From NCBI RefSeq assembly GCF_964204645.1, contig NC_134034.1:4109814-4173813 (forward strand): a stretch of DNA of 64,000 nucleotides, written 5' to 3'. Below are positions 43,876-58,057 of this stretch, piece after piece. Numbering within the stretch: the stretch's first letter is position 1; every line of letters starts with the position of its first letter. The translations under genes were made by a program, and so were the position numbers. This stretch comes from Tubulanus polymorphus (taxonomy: Eukaryota > Animalia > Nemertea). The notes beneath the pieces were generated by a model. That model worked only from the letters and a program-made list of their open reading frames with translations. It did no database searches and was not told where the DNA came from.

Positions 43876-44106
43876 TTACGGAAGATCAATGCTGCCAACT
43901 TTTCGAGTTGATAAGTCGACTTTCCGACATCAAAAAGTCGAATTTTCGGGCTAGTAAGGCTACTTTTTTGGCAAGAAAAATTCATTGTATTCAACTCAAA
44001 CTTGGCAAGTTGATTTTTCAAGTCAGAAAATCGACTTACCATATTCAATTTCAAATGTCGACTTTTTAAACTCTTAAATGTTGTTGGTCGCATTGTTCTT
44101 CCGTAG
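43876..44106. mobile_element. MITE with TACGGAAGA(T/A)CAATGC TIRs
   Basis: TTACGGAAGATCAATGCTGCCAAC...GTTGGTCGCATTGTTCTTCCGTAG, with internal AAGTCGA repeats. Confidence 0.7.
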
Positions 44107-47100
44107 CGAGTGAGTTCAACGCTCGATAATTCTTTTATTGTCCCGATCTTAGTTTGCTTTTATCGATCATATTTTTATCGACGCGTGTCTCAAGTCATAT
44201 CGAGGTTTGCTGCAGCAGAGACGGCGTCGGTATGTCTCAGTCATCCCTCTCTCTAGGAAGTTTTTACATTATAATCCCGGGCCTAATCTCATACCCTAAT
44301 TGGAAATCTTTCCCTCTGGGGCATAACGCATTCATATCAACCCTTAGCCTATGTATAGAAGAAAATCTCCAATCGAAAAACTCGAAAATCAGCAAGTCTG
44401 ATTGTAGGCGCAGAAAATTGTTGTACTTTGTGACCGAGTGATCGAATAGGGATATTTACACAATCATCATATAGAGAAATAAAATTGAATTCCAAATCGT
44501 CGATCGAGCGCACTTCACCGCCATGGAGTAGATGCCATTTCCGTTGAAATTGACCGAATAACAGTCCGCATCCGCGTGGGCGGACTCTCTCCGCATCACT
44601 AGGTTAATTGCTTCGTTTTTCATTTTTACAAAAACCGATAAAATATGTTTCACCAAAGCGGTATTAACCGCGCACGGATGACGAGGCCACTTCAAGCTCT
44701 GTAACTGTAACGACTTCTGGTACGTAATTGGACGTAAATCTTTTCGTCGCGTTAGACTTACGCCTGACTATCTAACTGAATGTCGTGCGTAGGCGGCCGA
44801 AAATTCTGAATGGAATATCTTTAATAATAGACGCTGCAAATTGTTCTTTCTCATTACTAAAAATAGTGAAATTGGAATCAAAGTCAGATAAAAAACCTGA
44901 AATTGCAGAGTCCGAAATTGATTACTTAAAAACCCTAACACCTAAAAATGGATCTAATGTGATACTAGAATCAGAGTAAGATTAAACAAATGTGGGGATT
45001 ACACAGAACAGAAGTCTTATTTCACTCGTGCAACATTAGAACTATATTTGGAGTCAAATTGAATCCATACCGCCGCAAGAAACAGAGTTCAGAGTGAAAT
45101 TAAACCTTCGTAGAATGATGTGAGACTGGTTTTAGAGTCAGCTTTAATCTGCACGCTCGCGAAACAGGATTCTGTTCCGAATTTTCAAATCTATGTAAGG
45201 AAGTAAAGCTTGCATCCAATCTTTCACTGTAGGAACATTGTGTAGTTCGTTCAATACATCGCTCCAGCGTGCATTTTCCCGAATCGAAAGCCCATATTAA
45301 CTGTTTGTACTATGGCTACTTTGCAGCTATATTAATGATCACCTTTTCATTCCACATTATTTCGAAAACCCATTGTCGTTGCTGTCCAGCAATCTTCATA
45401 ACATGAGTTTCTCAATGATGTTAGCCAAATTGCTCATTGATACCGGCTAAACAATTTGACAAAAATGATTTGATTATGACATAAATACGACAAAAACCGT
45501 CTTTGAACCCGTTTTGGATAAGCCTTCTACTTTAAGTCGATTTTACGTGCATCGCGTGTTTGGTAAACATATTCGAGTGCACGCGCACCAATGGCATGAT
45601 ATACATCTTAACCATTTTGTGGTAGATAAAAAACGTGGGCTTGAAGATCTAGCTCAATTAAAAAAAGGTGTTTGCCCAAATTAATAAAGGTGTTTGCCCA
45701 TTCAAGTGTTTGTCCGTTTAAGCGACTGTAACACATCTCTAGAGAATGCCAGTGCTGTTTGAGCAGCTGGGTTTGACTGGTTCACCATCTAGCGGATATA
45801 AGGCCAGATGGTCAGTTAACCGTGACGACGTTACATCACCAAAAAATATCGGATAACATCGTCACGCCCCATGTGACAAAGCCGGCGAAAATACCACATT
45901 TTTAGAAATACCGAAACAGGGAGATATAATGATGTCCGTTGCATATTCGATATTCTCTCATGACTGTAATTATGGAATCCTATAAGCTGGTATATCCGGA
46001 TTGTTTGGTCGATTTTACCATGCAGTTTTCGGAATCCTAATTGACGATTTGATTGCACACTTCTCCGTAGGTTTCAGGGGAAGATGCTTAATGAAATTGC
46101 AACCACGGCAGCTCTCAACGTTGATATGCGCAAGCGATGGCTTCGAATGCCTTGTAACCGATGGGACTTATAATATGGGGTTTACATGTATCTATTCATT
46201 CACGGCCCGGCATCAATTTGCGGTATCGCATTAAACAGTTTCACTGTACATGTGTTAGGAAAGTTGGTGAACAACAGCTTTTATCTCGTTAAGGTTTTAG
46301 CAATTCAAGGTCTCATTTACTGCGTAGTTATGTTTGTGATCTTCTCATAAGAACGATTCACGTGTATGTTGTATTAGGCGATATAGGTTATAATTTCATA
46401 AAGATGACTGGATGTTCGGTAAGGAATATAATTACGCATTTGTTGCTCTGTTAAATGCGTTTCAGATGAGTCGTAATTATAGCGTCGTGTTGATCAGTAC
46501 CGAAAGATTTATCATTGTTGTTTCCCTTTGAAATCCCTGATATTTTGGACAAGAAATGTCGTCAACTTTTACATTTTATTCATATATGGTTTATCATTTA
46601 TTATTATTTACTACATTTACTTCCGCTCTGGCGTTTTCGAGTCTTTTCGCGCGGAGGTAGTCTTTTGTACACGCTTATCGATCACGCAACAATTCGTATA
46701 GATTTAGGTAAGCCGACCAATGTTTTGAAGGAATGGCACAATTTAATGACTCATTATGCCGGTTAAATTTTCTTTTAGTATTTGTCCCCATATTTACGTT
46801 GATTTTCCTAAACGCAATTCTAATATCTTTCTTTCTTGGTTGTACAAAGGGTACGCCGCAAAACAATCAGCGTCGACATGTCATCAGCAAATTCTTCTAC
46901 TGAAGTTCAAGTGTTGCGCATGTCGTCCATCTTAGTTCTCATATTCATGGTTTGTGAATTCCCAAAATTCGTCGACAAAATATCATTAAAAAGGTCACTA
47001 GTAATTCGAGTTTTGCATATGAAAGGGATAGACGATGAGCTTCATTCGTCTATTTTTCGTTTAGAGAGATAGCGATCGGTTTTACCGTCGTGGATTCGTG

Positions 47101-50100
47101 TGCAAATCACTGTGGGTATTGGGTGACAAATTCGAATGGTATCGTCATACGAAATACTGCCTAAGACAGTGAAGACAAACACGTCTTATTCGGTCGAGTT
47201 CAAAAAATAACTGGTTCAACTTTATTTTCCTCAAAGGTTACATCCTGAATCGTTGTTGTGGCACACATCTGTAAAGAATTAGCCTACATAACTAATGTCA
47301 GTTTTAATGGCAGTTACAGTCACTGAACTCGCTAATATATCTCTAAATTCAGACAGAAAGCCGAAGGTTTATTGCGATCAGGCGTGAGTCTTTAACTCGT
47401 AAGAAAGCGTAAATACGCTCTCTCGCAGTCGAATTCGGAAGATTGGCATATATATCCGTAGGATCTTTGTGGTATTAGTCGGTTATATACATGTATATCA
47501 TTGGAATGATCGAAACGATTTTTGATAACATATTACATATTCAATAACTCTTAATCATTTTGTCGATTCCTTAATTACGATCCAATGTTTTGTGATTTTG
47601 ATGTCAAAAAGTCGAATTTGGGACAATTGGCCTTGCGAGGTATATAAGACGTAATCCGTATAGGCTGATTTACTAAATGGGATAACGTTAGGTAAAATTT
47701 CGGAATCAATAAATTCCGGGTCGCAGGTTCTTGAAGCACGGAAAAAATGACCCATGAGCAACTGACCAAGGTAGGCTTCTCTCCCCGTAATAAAACTTTT
47801 ATGCCAGTTTATCTCCTCCTTGGTCAACGTCACCAAGTTATGCGTGCGATGGTGTGTTCCGTACTTTCTGCCGTATAAACCTCGTTGTGTTCTTTGATAC
47901 ACCATAGTTTTTAGTTGAAAATCGAAAATTCCGATTAAGAAAAAAACTTTACGTAACGATATCTTAGATTTAGGGCTCCGTGATTGTGGGCCTTACATTC
48001 GATCTTTATTCGCGTCTCGTGGCGAGGTTTTACCACGTCACTTCCGGTTCGAACTTTTGTATGCTCCTTTATTCCACTTAAGTTACGCGTCAATATTTCT
48101 CATCGATTCCGTGGTTCCTTTGTGTACAGATTTTATAGTGCATGGCCCTAACGCGGTCTAACTTTAAAGTCAACGCCATCACATCTCCAAACGCTTTTTC
48201 ATTCTATGTTTGCTGTCGCGGAGGAAAATTGGGATGTTTTAAGGTGCCAAGTTTATTTGCACTCTGGAATCGATTGATTGCTAATGGTTTCTCGATGTAA
48301 TCATGACAGAAATATATCCGTTATAGTTCATGCGTAAAATCATTATACATATCGTTAAGAGAAACGTTTATTTTTTGAATTTAGTCAAATTAGAAGCCAA
48401 CATTTCAATGCTAGGAAAAAAAGATGAGATTTTCATCCAGCACCACTGAGGGAGAATTTTGACATGATGTTGGTTGAGGTGGCTCTCTTAAACCCATCCC
48501 CATTCTTTCCATATTCTTGGCGGCTTAATACGCCAACCGCGTTTCTCGTGTGTTCTTCTAACTTGGTCTTGTTCATCGTAGGCTGCAGCCACTGCCAAGA
48601 CCGACGCAAAGATGGCACAAAATAAAAGTAGAAGTGCAACAAGCTGACCTGAAAAAGTGTAAGCCGATCCAACACATCAATCGTACACTGGTATTGAAGA
48701 ATTGCCAAAAAACCGCATCGAACGATGAGGTGAATTAGATGAAGAATATTTCTACCATTTCGTAGATATCAACGTCACCAAAAATCAATGCAAACTCAAC
48801 TCAGTTCGTAGGAACTGTAGGCTAACGTTTGTTGACGCAGGAAAAACACATTTTACGAAATTGCTGAACTTGTCTACTGTCTATGCTTTCACCCAAAATA
48901 TTTTTCATCTGAAAATGCTTCAAAGCAGTCCGTCAAGTTCTACTCTGAATATCACTTATATTCAGGATTAATTGGTTCGTGAAAATGATAAGATAGCAAG
49001 TATCAAGAAAATAATAATCATATTCATTCAATCAATAATTTACGTGTAACAGCATCCTCTAGATTATTCAGAACAATTTCACAGTTCCTGGTATGATCAC
49101 TGAATTACGGTTAAACCCTGACTAGAATTATAACCATTTCGAAATTGATAGAACCTTCAGTTTTGGGTTGCCAATTTTATAATTCATTGTTCTTAAGTGT
49201 TCGCGAGTGGATAGATGAGAAGGGTCCCCGAAGTCTATATAGAAATAGAGGCAGATGAAGTGAGAACAACCAGAGACAACCACATGAGAACTGTCTGGTG
49301 AGCTGAATAAACTACGTTTATCGGAAAAAGAGGTCTAATTTTCAACCTCTCTATCTACGTATCACATACCAATATATATCATATTTGTTATTTTCTTGTT
49401 AGCCATCGGTTTTTTAGAAAAGCATATAGATTAATAGCATATACATTCATCTTGATGAAGTAATTTAAGATTATTACCATTATCATAATACAATATGAGA
49501 AAAAAGGTGCCCAGGTATGGCCAAACATCCAAATCAAAGAGCACAAAAAAAACGTTTCTAAGGGACAGGTGTTATAAACGAAGTAATCAAATTTTCGTTC
49601 GGGCTTTGGACCACTCCACGTTATGTATTGGCTGTGTGGACATCCGTGCATGTGAAATGAATTACACATATTGCATGCTACTTACGTATCATCTTTAGAT
49701 AGGCGCGTGCTCTTATTCGCTAAACCTGTTTCCTAGATTGGCGATGTTCAGCGCCACAGCATTCGTTTTCATGGACGTTTTTTTAAAGAATGCATTGTTG
49801 ATTCAGTTGGACACTGAATAGAACAAACGCGTGTTTGCGAAACTATCCACGTTTTCACAATTGGTTTGAACATGTGTTGTTGAAACGTAATCTAATCGGT
49901 ATATTGCCGGTCTAACTATAGACGCTGATATTATTTCCACATCATCACAATCATGATATCTCTATTTTTCAGGATTCATATACTAGTTCCATTGATATGT
50001 GGGTAGAATTTGACTGTGGGTAAAAATTTGACTGTGGTTAGAAATCGGATCCAGTCCCACAGTTGTGGCTGTATTGATAATTGGTTATACCTTAAGGTAC

Positions 50101-50695
50101 TCAATTTTCGTTGAAAGGGATTTCATATATTCATTTATTGCCGTTTCGATTTTGTGCTGTTCTGGGTTTTTTAATTCCAATCTTAACTCATGGACTTCAA
50201 AGCATCCAACATGGCTTTGTCGTGATCGGTAGGAAGATTTGGATTACATGCTATTTCGACCCCTTTCACGGGGATTGACCAATCGCACGCATTGTAATCG
50301 ATTTGAGACGAATAATCTTTCAAACCCTCCGAAAATATATTAGTTGAAATTATTGTGACTTAATGACATACGGTGTAGAAAATTATCGAAATCAAAAAAA
50401 TTAGCATCGAGCTTGGATGGGGAATAATGTTCATCATTTGAAATCCGTCTACATGATCTAATTTTGTTTTAGGTGATCAGTCCCCTGATAATTGATTGCC
50501 ATGATATGAAATCAAATCTTGTGTATGTAAAATCGTAGCAAAGTGATGAAATGAACTTAACTGTTATAATTTTCGGTTGTGCGTAGTTGCACAATTGTAA
50601 AAGAAAATTCAGAACTTGAACAAAGTTAGCCTGTACCAAATAACGAATAAGTATATTTCAATGCACATGCTGTCCCTTTCGCCGGGGACTACTTT

Positions 50696-51128
50696 CATTG
50701 AAAATGAATTCTACATGGGCAATAAAACTGTTTAATATTGACTTTAATTAATTCATATACATTTCTAATGAAGAAATTGACCCTAAAACTAATATCTGCT
50801 ATGAAGCTTGTAGTAAGAGATACACTATTGGGCTTTCGTGAAATATATCAATGGGCTTTCAGGAAATATATTTTGGAGGTTCAGTTTTCAGCGGTTATAC
50901 TCTAGCAACAAGTAATGTACGGAAGCTGGACTTCGTGGCCAGTGTAGCTATTATCCGATACCTGCGTTGATGCTTGCGTCATACATAAACAATAGATAGA
51001 AGTAATGTAAATAAAGATTTCTGGATATGACGTATGTATCCGCGTAGGGAAACCTAATTATGGTGTGGCCATGAGCTCTGGCGATTGCAAAAAGTAAATT
51101 TGGAACATAGTGACGTTTGTAGGAACGT
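50696..51128 (+). repeat. ~430-bp segment repeated at 59752-60163
   Basis: Colinear diverged match, e.g. GACGTATGTATCCGCGTAGGGAAACCTAATTATGGTGTGGCCATGAGCTCTGGCGATTGCAAAAAGT is identical in both copies. Confidence 0.9.
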
Positions 51129-53556
51129 AAACACTCCATACATGGGTCGGTAGCATGTTGTGACGTATGACTGCTGCGTCACAATCCACGAACAACAAAC
51201 CAGGTGTGGTAAAGGGCAAGCACACTTACTAAACACTAAAACGCATTTAAAAGGGATGGCTTTTGATTTAGTTAGGCTTTAGAGAGAAAGGAGTCTCAGT
51301 GATCCTTGGGGAGAGATTGTAGTCAGAAGTGAAGGAATAAAGGCATGAGCAATGGAGCGAATCAATACAAGAAATAATTGTTGTGTTAAATAACTCACTT
51401 AAGGAAACAAGCAGGTTGAGGAACCAGTGACCAGAAGATCCGACAGTAGTACACGGGAGAACAATCACCACAACACTGTGGTGGAGATATCAACCCACAT
51501 TACATTTGGTAGAAGATTTTCCTGATACAACAATACCAGCAAAACTAGAGCAAATTGATAACGTTAGAACAATAGGCTTGGCTAGTTTGTCAGGGGCGGA
51601 TTCAGCCCACCTCTACTACTGCTGGAGCGGTACTCACGTCTATAAAAGTGTCCATATTCTGCAAGTTTTGGTACAAGTAATTTAGAATGGCCAATTTGAA
51701 AAATCGAAGATGGGGAAAACATCTTATTTTTTACGAATGATTTTTCTTTTTCGGGTTGAAATTTCATATTTTCTGGATGCAGAGAAGGAATCGATACCCT
51801 AAATTGACAGATTGCGTCCCAGAGCCCTAGAAATTTAAAATATTCTATGATAAAGGCTCCCTTCTACAGCATTCATAAACCTAGGCTGTTATCTAGTGAA
51901 AATTAGGTTAGTAGGTCAATAGGCTCTTCTCAGATGACTACGCCCATATCTATCGGATTATATCGTCACGTTCCGAGTGTCAGCGCAATTAAATGGGGTA
52001 TTTTAATATCTTTGACATTTTTTTGCTTCGTGATACTTGTCGCACAGTCGTGCAATTGGTCGATGGTTTAATGAAATTTGCTATGGTCACTGATAAGGGC
52101 CATTTGCATTAATTTTTACATGACCACGATTATAGAAAAACGTATGACGTAACGATATGAGTGTCGCTGACAGACCGACCACACCAGCCGGGAGCGAAAC
52201 AGGGGGTGTGATTTTGAAATTGGAAATCGAAGTACAGATATAGTTGTGTGATGAGCGGTCGAGTTTACAGAATTTTTTGTTTAAATCGAAGTACATGATT
52301 GAGAAATTCGGTTCCGGTTCATTCAAACATTCTTCCAACCACTCTGAACCGACAAGCGACTGATTGGGGTGAATTTTTCTGGCTGCCTTATTTAATACAT
52401 CGAAATTTTGGAAATAGCTATATAAAAAGGTTGAAGATAATTTTGTCCATTTTATATTTTTTTGGTCGTTTTCTACGTGTAAATAGTCCGATAGTTTCTT
52501 GTAGTTTTTTTTCTCGGGTAGATGTTGATGTAGAAGTCCTCTAAGTTGATGATCCCGCGTGTTGACTAGATAGAAAGGAAGCACATTCCGAAACGCAAAT
52601 TTTCCAGATGAGCGAATGATCCTTGGTTTGCCGAAGTGTAGTTTATGACATCGACGGCGCAGCTCCCACGAGGATGGCTTTCTCCATCAAGGGATGCGCA
52701 GTTGGTACTTCACATCTGGTGCTGAGTTTGCCTAAAAGTAAAAGTTTTTACACGGGAAGCATATTTGTGTTTCTAATAGTGCATAGTTAGGTCCGTGGAT
52801 GCGTCGCAATCGAAAGGACAGTGCTATGCTCATGGATAGGCCGTCAGTAGGAAAGCAGCACAGGCACGTGAAAATTGAGTACATATTTGTAAACTAACGT
52901 ATAAACAGTCTTGATTGGGTTTTATCTACATTGTCACGATTTGGTTTTTGGCAGTTTTTAATGAGACCGATGTCAATAGGCAACTTTCCAGTCACCATTG
53001 CGCGCAGATAGACTGAGCTTGCTATCCTGAAGCCAAAAAGGAGGCAACTTTCCAGCTACCGCGGTGACAAGACTGAGTTTACAGTCAAAACATCAGAGAC
53101 AGTAAACTAATGCGTATGTGGTGGTATAAAACAAAAGTGTTCAGACAGTTCAATGCGTATTGATAGACCGTCATACATCAAGTGTCAAAGTCGGGGTATG
53201 TAGGTGTAACTAATAAAAAGGCGTTGGGTTTTATTAATAAACTACGCTAATGGTATCGATTGTGATTCCGGAGAATGAGTTTTAACCGATACCAGTATTT
53301 CAGTATTTGCTATCATCTATTACGCACCATTTTCGTTCATCATTGCCGCAATTATCATTCATTTTATGGTATTCATTATTCGTAATCATTGTCCAATATA
53401 ATCATTGTCAATTTTATGTTTTTCCTAGAGCGTGAATGCCCGTAGTGATTGTACATCATGTTTTCAACGTTCAGGCTCCTATTATGATTATTTCTGTTGA
53501 CGATAAGCAATTTTCGTGAATAGGTATATTGTATATACTAAATGAAAACATCAAAA

Positions 53557-53793
53557 TTTACGGAAGCGTCCTATGGGGACATATCTATTTAAACAAAATT
53601 TCGAGGTTATTTTCGAGTTTGTAAAACCGAAAAAACTAGTTTTCTCAGTCAAAAGCGATTTTTGGAGGTTTATTCCGAGTTTGCTACTCGGAAAAACGTG
53701 ATTTTCGAGGTTTATTCCGAGTTTGTAACTCGGAATTAACCTCAAAATTATTTTCTTTTTAAATTCACATGTACCCAGGACGCTTTCGTAGAA
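53557..53793. mobile_element. MITE-like element with internal ~43-bp repeats
   Basis: TTACGGAAGCGTCCT / AGGACGCTTTCGTAG inverted ends, with repeated GAGGTTTATTCCGAGTTTG inside. Confidence 0.55.
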
Positions 53794-54949
53794 ATTAAAC
53801 TTAACATTTCGAAAAAAAGATCTTATGCTTCATTTTCGAGAAAAAATGCAAGTTACTTTATCAATGAAGCAAATCGTGCGGGTTAATCCTCAGAATAGTA
53901 AGGTGAATCTGAGGTGAATTTTCTAAACGCATTAAGGCGCTTCGTGTTACTACTGTAAGTTACAACGTGGGCGAATCGATTTCCTCATGTAATGTCGTTT
54001 GAACCGATTCCACATTAACCGAGCGTGCCATCATTTGAAGTAAACGAGCTAAAATGTCACTACTTTGATCCGAAATTTCCCTGACGCTATTCGAGTCTGT
54101 GAGCTATGTCACTTAGTTGTTCGATTGCCTAACGGCGGTGATTCGCCTTCAGTCAATTCGAGAAAGAATCAGTTTAAATTCATAAAAATTATCTTTAGTC
54201 ATCAAATGCTGCTCTCCAACTTTCTCCTTGCTGCATGGTCAAAAAGAAATTAATTAACGCGTGCGTGCGTGTATAATAAATAATATAATATATATTTAGA
54301 CATCGTGAATCATTTGAATAGTTAAACCATGGACCGGGAAACGACACTCCACACAGTCTTTCACACCAGACATTTTCATTTGCAAATATTGGCATAAGAC
54401 ATTCTGTTAATACTATAGAAAGGCTTCTGTCAAGCGAGATGTTTTCGGGACTTTAACCGAGACATTTTCTATTGAAAATGAACAAGACACCCCAGAATAT
54501 ATCCTCAGAAAGTTTCCAAGAAATTATCATCCACACTCAGCATGTTATCAGTATTTCACCCGAGACATTTTTAATTGAAAATAGACTACTAACAGCAGCC
54601 AGTAGCATTTTCGCCGTACCGAACGAGACAAACTCGTCTAAACTGGATTTGATTTTGCTACGCGAGGAAAATATCACGAACAAAAAAAGATGTGCCGTAC
54701 ATATGCATACATTTACTGGCTATACTACTGTATAGAATTACTAAGCGATCTGTACAGCACTGAAAGGGGATTATCATAACTATGCGTTCTATGGATTGAT
54801 ATAATACAACAACTATGAATGAAGTTACAGCGTACATACAACCATATATTATACGCCGAACTATATATTCGCGACATTTGCTATCAATTCGTCGACATGA
54901 GGATGCGGTCCAAACTACGGCGACTTAGACGTGTTTGCTTCCTCTCGAT

Positions 54950-55156
54950 TTCAATAATAACTTCTCCCTGGGGAGAAGTAACATCCGAACAGCTGCTAGG
55001 CGCTCAGGAGTCATCTATCAGGCCAGGTACCCATTAACTCCTGGGTGGAGAGAGGCGATGAGGATAAGTGTCTTGCCCGAGGACACTACGGCAATGTACG
55101 GGGTTCGAACCCACGACCTGGTTCCCAGAGCCGAACGCTCTAACCACTCGGCCACT
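54950..55156 (-). mobile_element. tRNA-derived SINE (uninterrupted copy, partial)
   Basis: Minus strand has an A box (TGGCCGAGTGG), a B box (GGTTCGAACCC) and the same central domain as 5630-6047. Confidence 0.8.
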
Positions 55157-56318
55157 AACTTCTACTCACTCGGCTCGGTTGCGTTTCCTGAATGCCGGAG
55201 GGGTACTGCTAGATGCAAACCACTACAGTACTTGAACTTCCATTCACTCGGCGAAGGGAATCCCGTACTATTGAGGGGTCAGTGGTTCGAATCTGGGAGT
55301 AGATTAATGAGTTTTAATTAGTTTATTTCCATCCTGCCAATCTTCATATTCTCAGCTCATTTTATCAGTGAAAAATGACCTGACAACTAAATAAATGATA
55401 CCTTTTTCTATAAAATCTCTCCTCTGCTTTTAAGGGCTTGGAACCTTCTACCATGTTTTTGACATAGAAGGCAGCATTAAAAATTTTATAGTTTGTCATT
55501 TGCATAACAGGCAGGCTTCTAAGCACAATGGACATACACACTCAATCGAAAAATTACAATTTTGGACATATACACTGAATTGAAAAATTACAATTTTTAG
55601 GGACTTCTAGTTTAAAATAAGTTCTACTACTAAACTACAAATTCTAAATGTTAGAGTGAAATTTCTTAAGTCAAACTACCACTGAATCGAACTACAAATT
55701 TCAAATTTTATGGTGAATTTTCTAAAGTTGAACTACCATTAAATCAACCAAATATTTCTGGAATCCCTATTCTAGTATAAAACAAATAAAAGATTCGAAT
55801 TTAAAAAATAAAACTCAAAATTAAAACTGCCAATTATTAATAAACAATTATGAAATAATAAACCATCAAACTAAATAAATTATAAACAATCAGTCCAGTG
55901 TGATGAAGAAAGCCTGAAATTCATCAAGGGTTTTTCAAAACTTGTTACAATCTAAGGAGAATTCTGGATACAATTTTATATTTCTTTCACATGGTCCTTA
56001 GATTTTTCAGAAATTTTCACATAAAATGTCACAAAGTTAGATTTGTGCAGCTGTCAATCTGTTGTCTGTGCCTAGCCCTTCAGACGATCACCTTTTTGAA
56101 TGGCTAAGTCTGGACAAACCACGATTTTTCCCAAATGGTGAGGTGATCGAATGTCTGTCGGACATCAAACTGAGGGGTTGTACAGACAGCAGGTTGATAG
56201 CTGCATGAAAATGTCAAAATCGAGTAATTTCTGAAAGATTTTACCAGGCACACATACCCATATCTACGCTATACGCACAGTTGATCTCCAGTCCTGGAAT
56301 CCTGTCACAAATCGAGCT

Positions 56319-58057
56319 TCACTTCTTCTTCAGCTGATTGACGCGGCTAAAATCCATCTCCAGCCTCCCACTCTTGGTTTTCATGAAGAGGGTTTTGGTG
56401 ATCCACCTCTGTTCTATTCGGACAGAGCTTTAAGCCATTCTGGTAAAAGCAAGCGGTGGTCGTTATCGATCGCGGTTGTCGTAGTCGGTGTAGTAGTAGT
56501 AGTAGTAGTAGTAGTCGTGGTCGGTGTAGTCGTAGTCGCTGTAGTCCGTGTTGTCTGAGAGGCTAGATAGAGAAAAATAGAATATGAATTTTTTATCTCA
56601 TTCATGATTGAGGTTTATAGCATAAGAATTTTAAATCATCATAAAGTCCGGTACAATTTCACTGAAATATTAAACAAAAACAGAATGATAGAAGGAACAA
56701 AAGAAAACCGCATCACTGTAATGTTACCATCTAAATGCCTATAAATGAGGAATAAGAGTGACTCACTGGAAAAATTAGATTACAAAGGAGAAATCACTGA
56801 AAAAAATAAGTTATTAAGCAGGAGAGGATAGAAGTGTTGCATTTTGCAAGTGACAGAGAGGGACAGAGAGAGTGTGCGTGTTATCATATTCATAATGTCC
56901 ATTATAGCAACTTTATACCAATATCATAAAGATGGATTATGTAATAAAGAGACAGTACTGCATACATATAAAGCATGATTACCCAGTTTTTATAAAGAAA
57001 TAGGTACATTAAAATAGATAGGAAGAAAATACCATTTTACAATAGCTACACATTTATAAAAGCATATTCTAGGAACCCTACACAACATTAATCTTACCAA
57101 CTTATCCAGATATAAACTGTAAATTTTGAGAAATAAATGATTAAATGTTACAATATGGCTACAGTTAATAGGAGTGGATGGCCGAAAGGGAGGACTGCGG
57201 TTAACTTGGATGGAATCTTTACAATCCGTCCAAAACACTGCAAAAATTTGTAGGATGTATATCTCATGATGTATCAATTGAATCTACAATAAAAATATCA
57301 TTAGAATTAAGATATATTACCAGATAACTGCGCTTCAAGAGTGATGACACTTGTCAGTAGATCATCATCATCATCAGACGGCATCGAGACGTTCTCAGTT
57401 GTAGTCGATGAGCTGGGTTGACTCCTAGTTGTCGCAGTTGGTTGGCTCCTGGTTGTAGCAAATGGGCGACTCCTCCTAGTTGTCACAGTTGGTTGGCTCC
57501 CGGCTGGTTGAGTCTGACGAGCTTCTGTGAAAATAAAAAATTTTTCATAAATAGTACAAGCACAAAACAACTCTGATATCAAACGATCCGACTGTATATT
57601 GAAAACTTGACTTACTTGAAATCGTAGGTTTCACACGCTCTTGATGGACAGCTCTCCTCCTCTCAATCGCTTCCTTGGCTTCGGGAAACAGCCTCATGTA
57701 TTTGAAGAGGGCTTTCTTGTTGTCGGCATGGTTCTTGTGGTCTATCTTGGGATGTGGTTTTTGCTTCTCACATTCATCCATGACGTAGAGGTTTACTGCA
57801 AAGCCAAGAGCATTAGAGAGTATCCACTGAAATTTCTTACCCCTAAACTTACCAAACTGAAGTGTATACTGGCCTAACAAATGTTTCGGGTTTGACTGAT
57901 CTCCTCCGGCCTGGGCAACCCGGCGCATCGCATCCGCCAAAACTTTCTCCGCAGGGTCCTGAGTTGCCCAACCACTAGTGCTTTTATGGTTCTTGGCGGC
58001 ATCGGTGTCAAACGTGTCGATCGTACGATTTTTTAGGCGACGGAAAATTGGTTCCAT
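56319..58057 (-). pseudogene. Decayed spliced transposon-associated gene (DUF6729-type protein N-terminus); exons 58057-57616, 57524-57321, 56562-~56331
   Basis: Two GT-AG introns, both phase 1 and in frame. Motifs LGQYTLQFGKFRGKKFQWILSNALGF and LLPEWLKALS/EQRWITKTLF...GRLEMDFSRVNQL resemble, from memory, fish and invertebrate DUF6729 proteins. There is a frameshift near 56415, and the sequence stops matching where WWYPP would be expected. Confidence 0.65.

Noticed and set aside
50951-51139. Tc1/IS630 transposase fragment (IARAHGHTIIRFPY resembles HGHxVLRLPPYH)
   Set aside because: The following NPIE motif and the upstream catalytic context are absent, so a chance match cannot be excluded.
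52087-52300. NUDT9-like motif (DRSSH...PAGVVGL)
   Set aside because: Only a few residues match, and there is no GRWGPNH or Nudix box.
56040-56210. Ulp1-protease-like exon (QQIDSC)
   Set aside because: The segment is bounded by ~26-bp inverted repeats (56047-56072 / 56180-56205) and has multiple stops. A small MITE-like structure explains it better.
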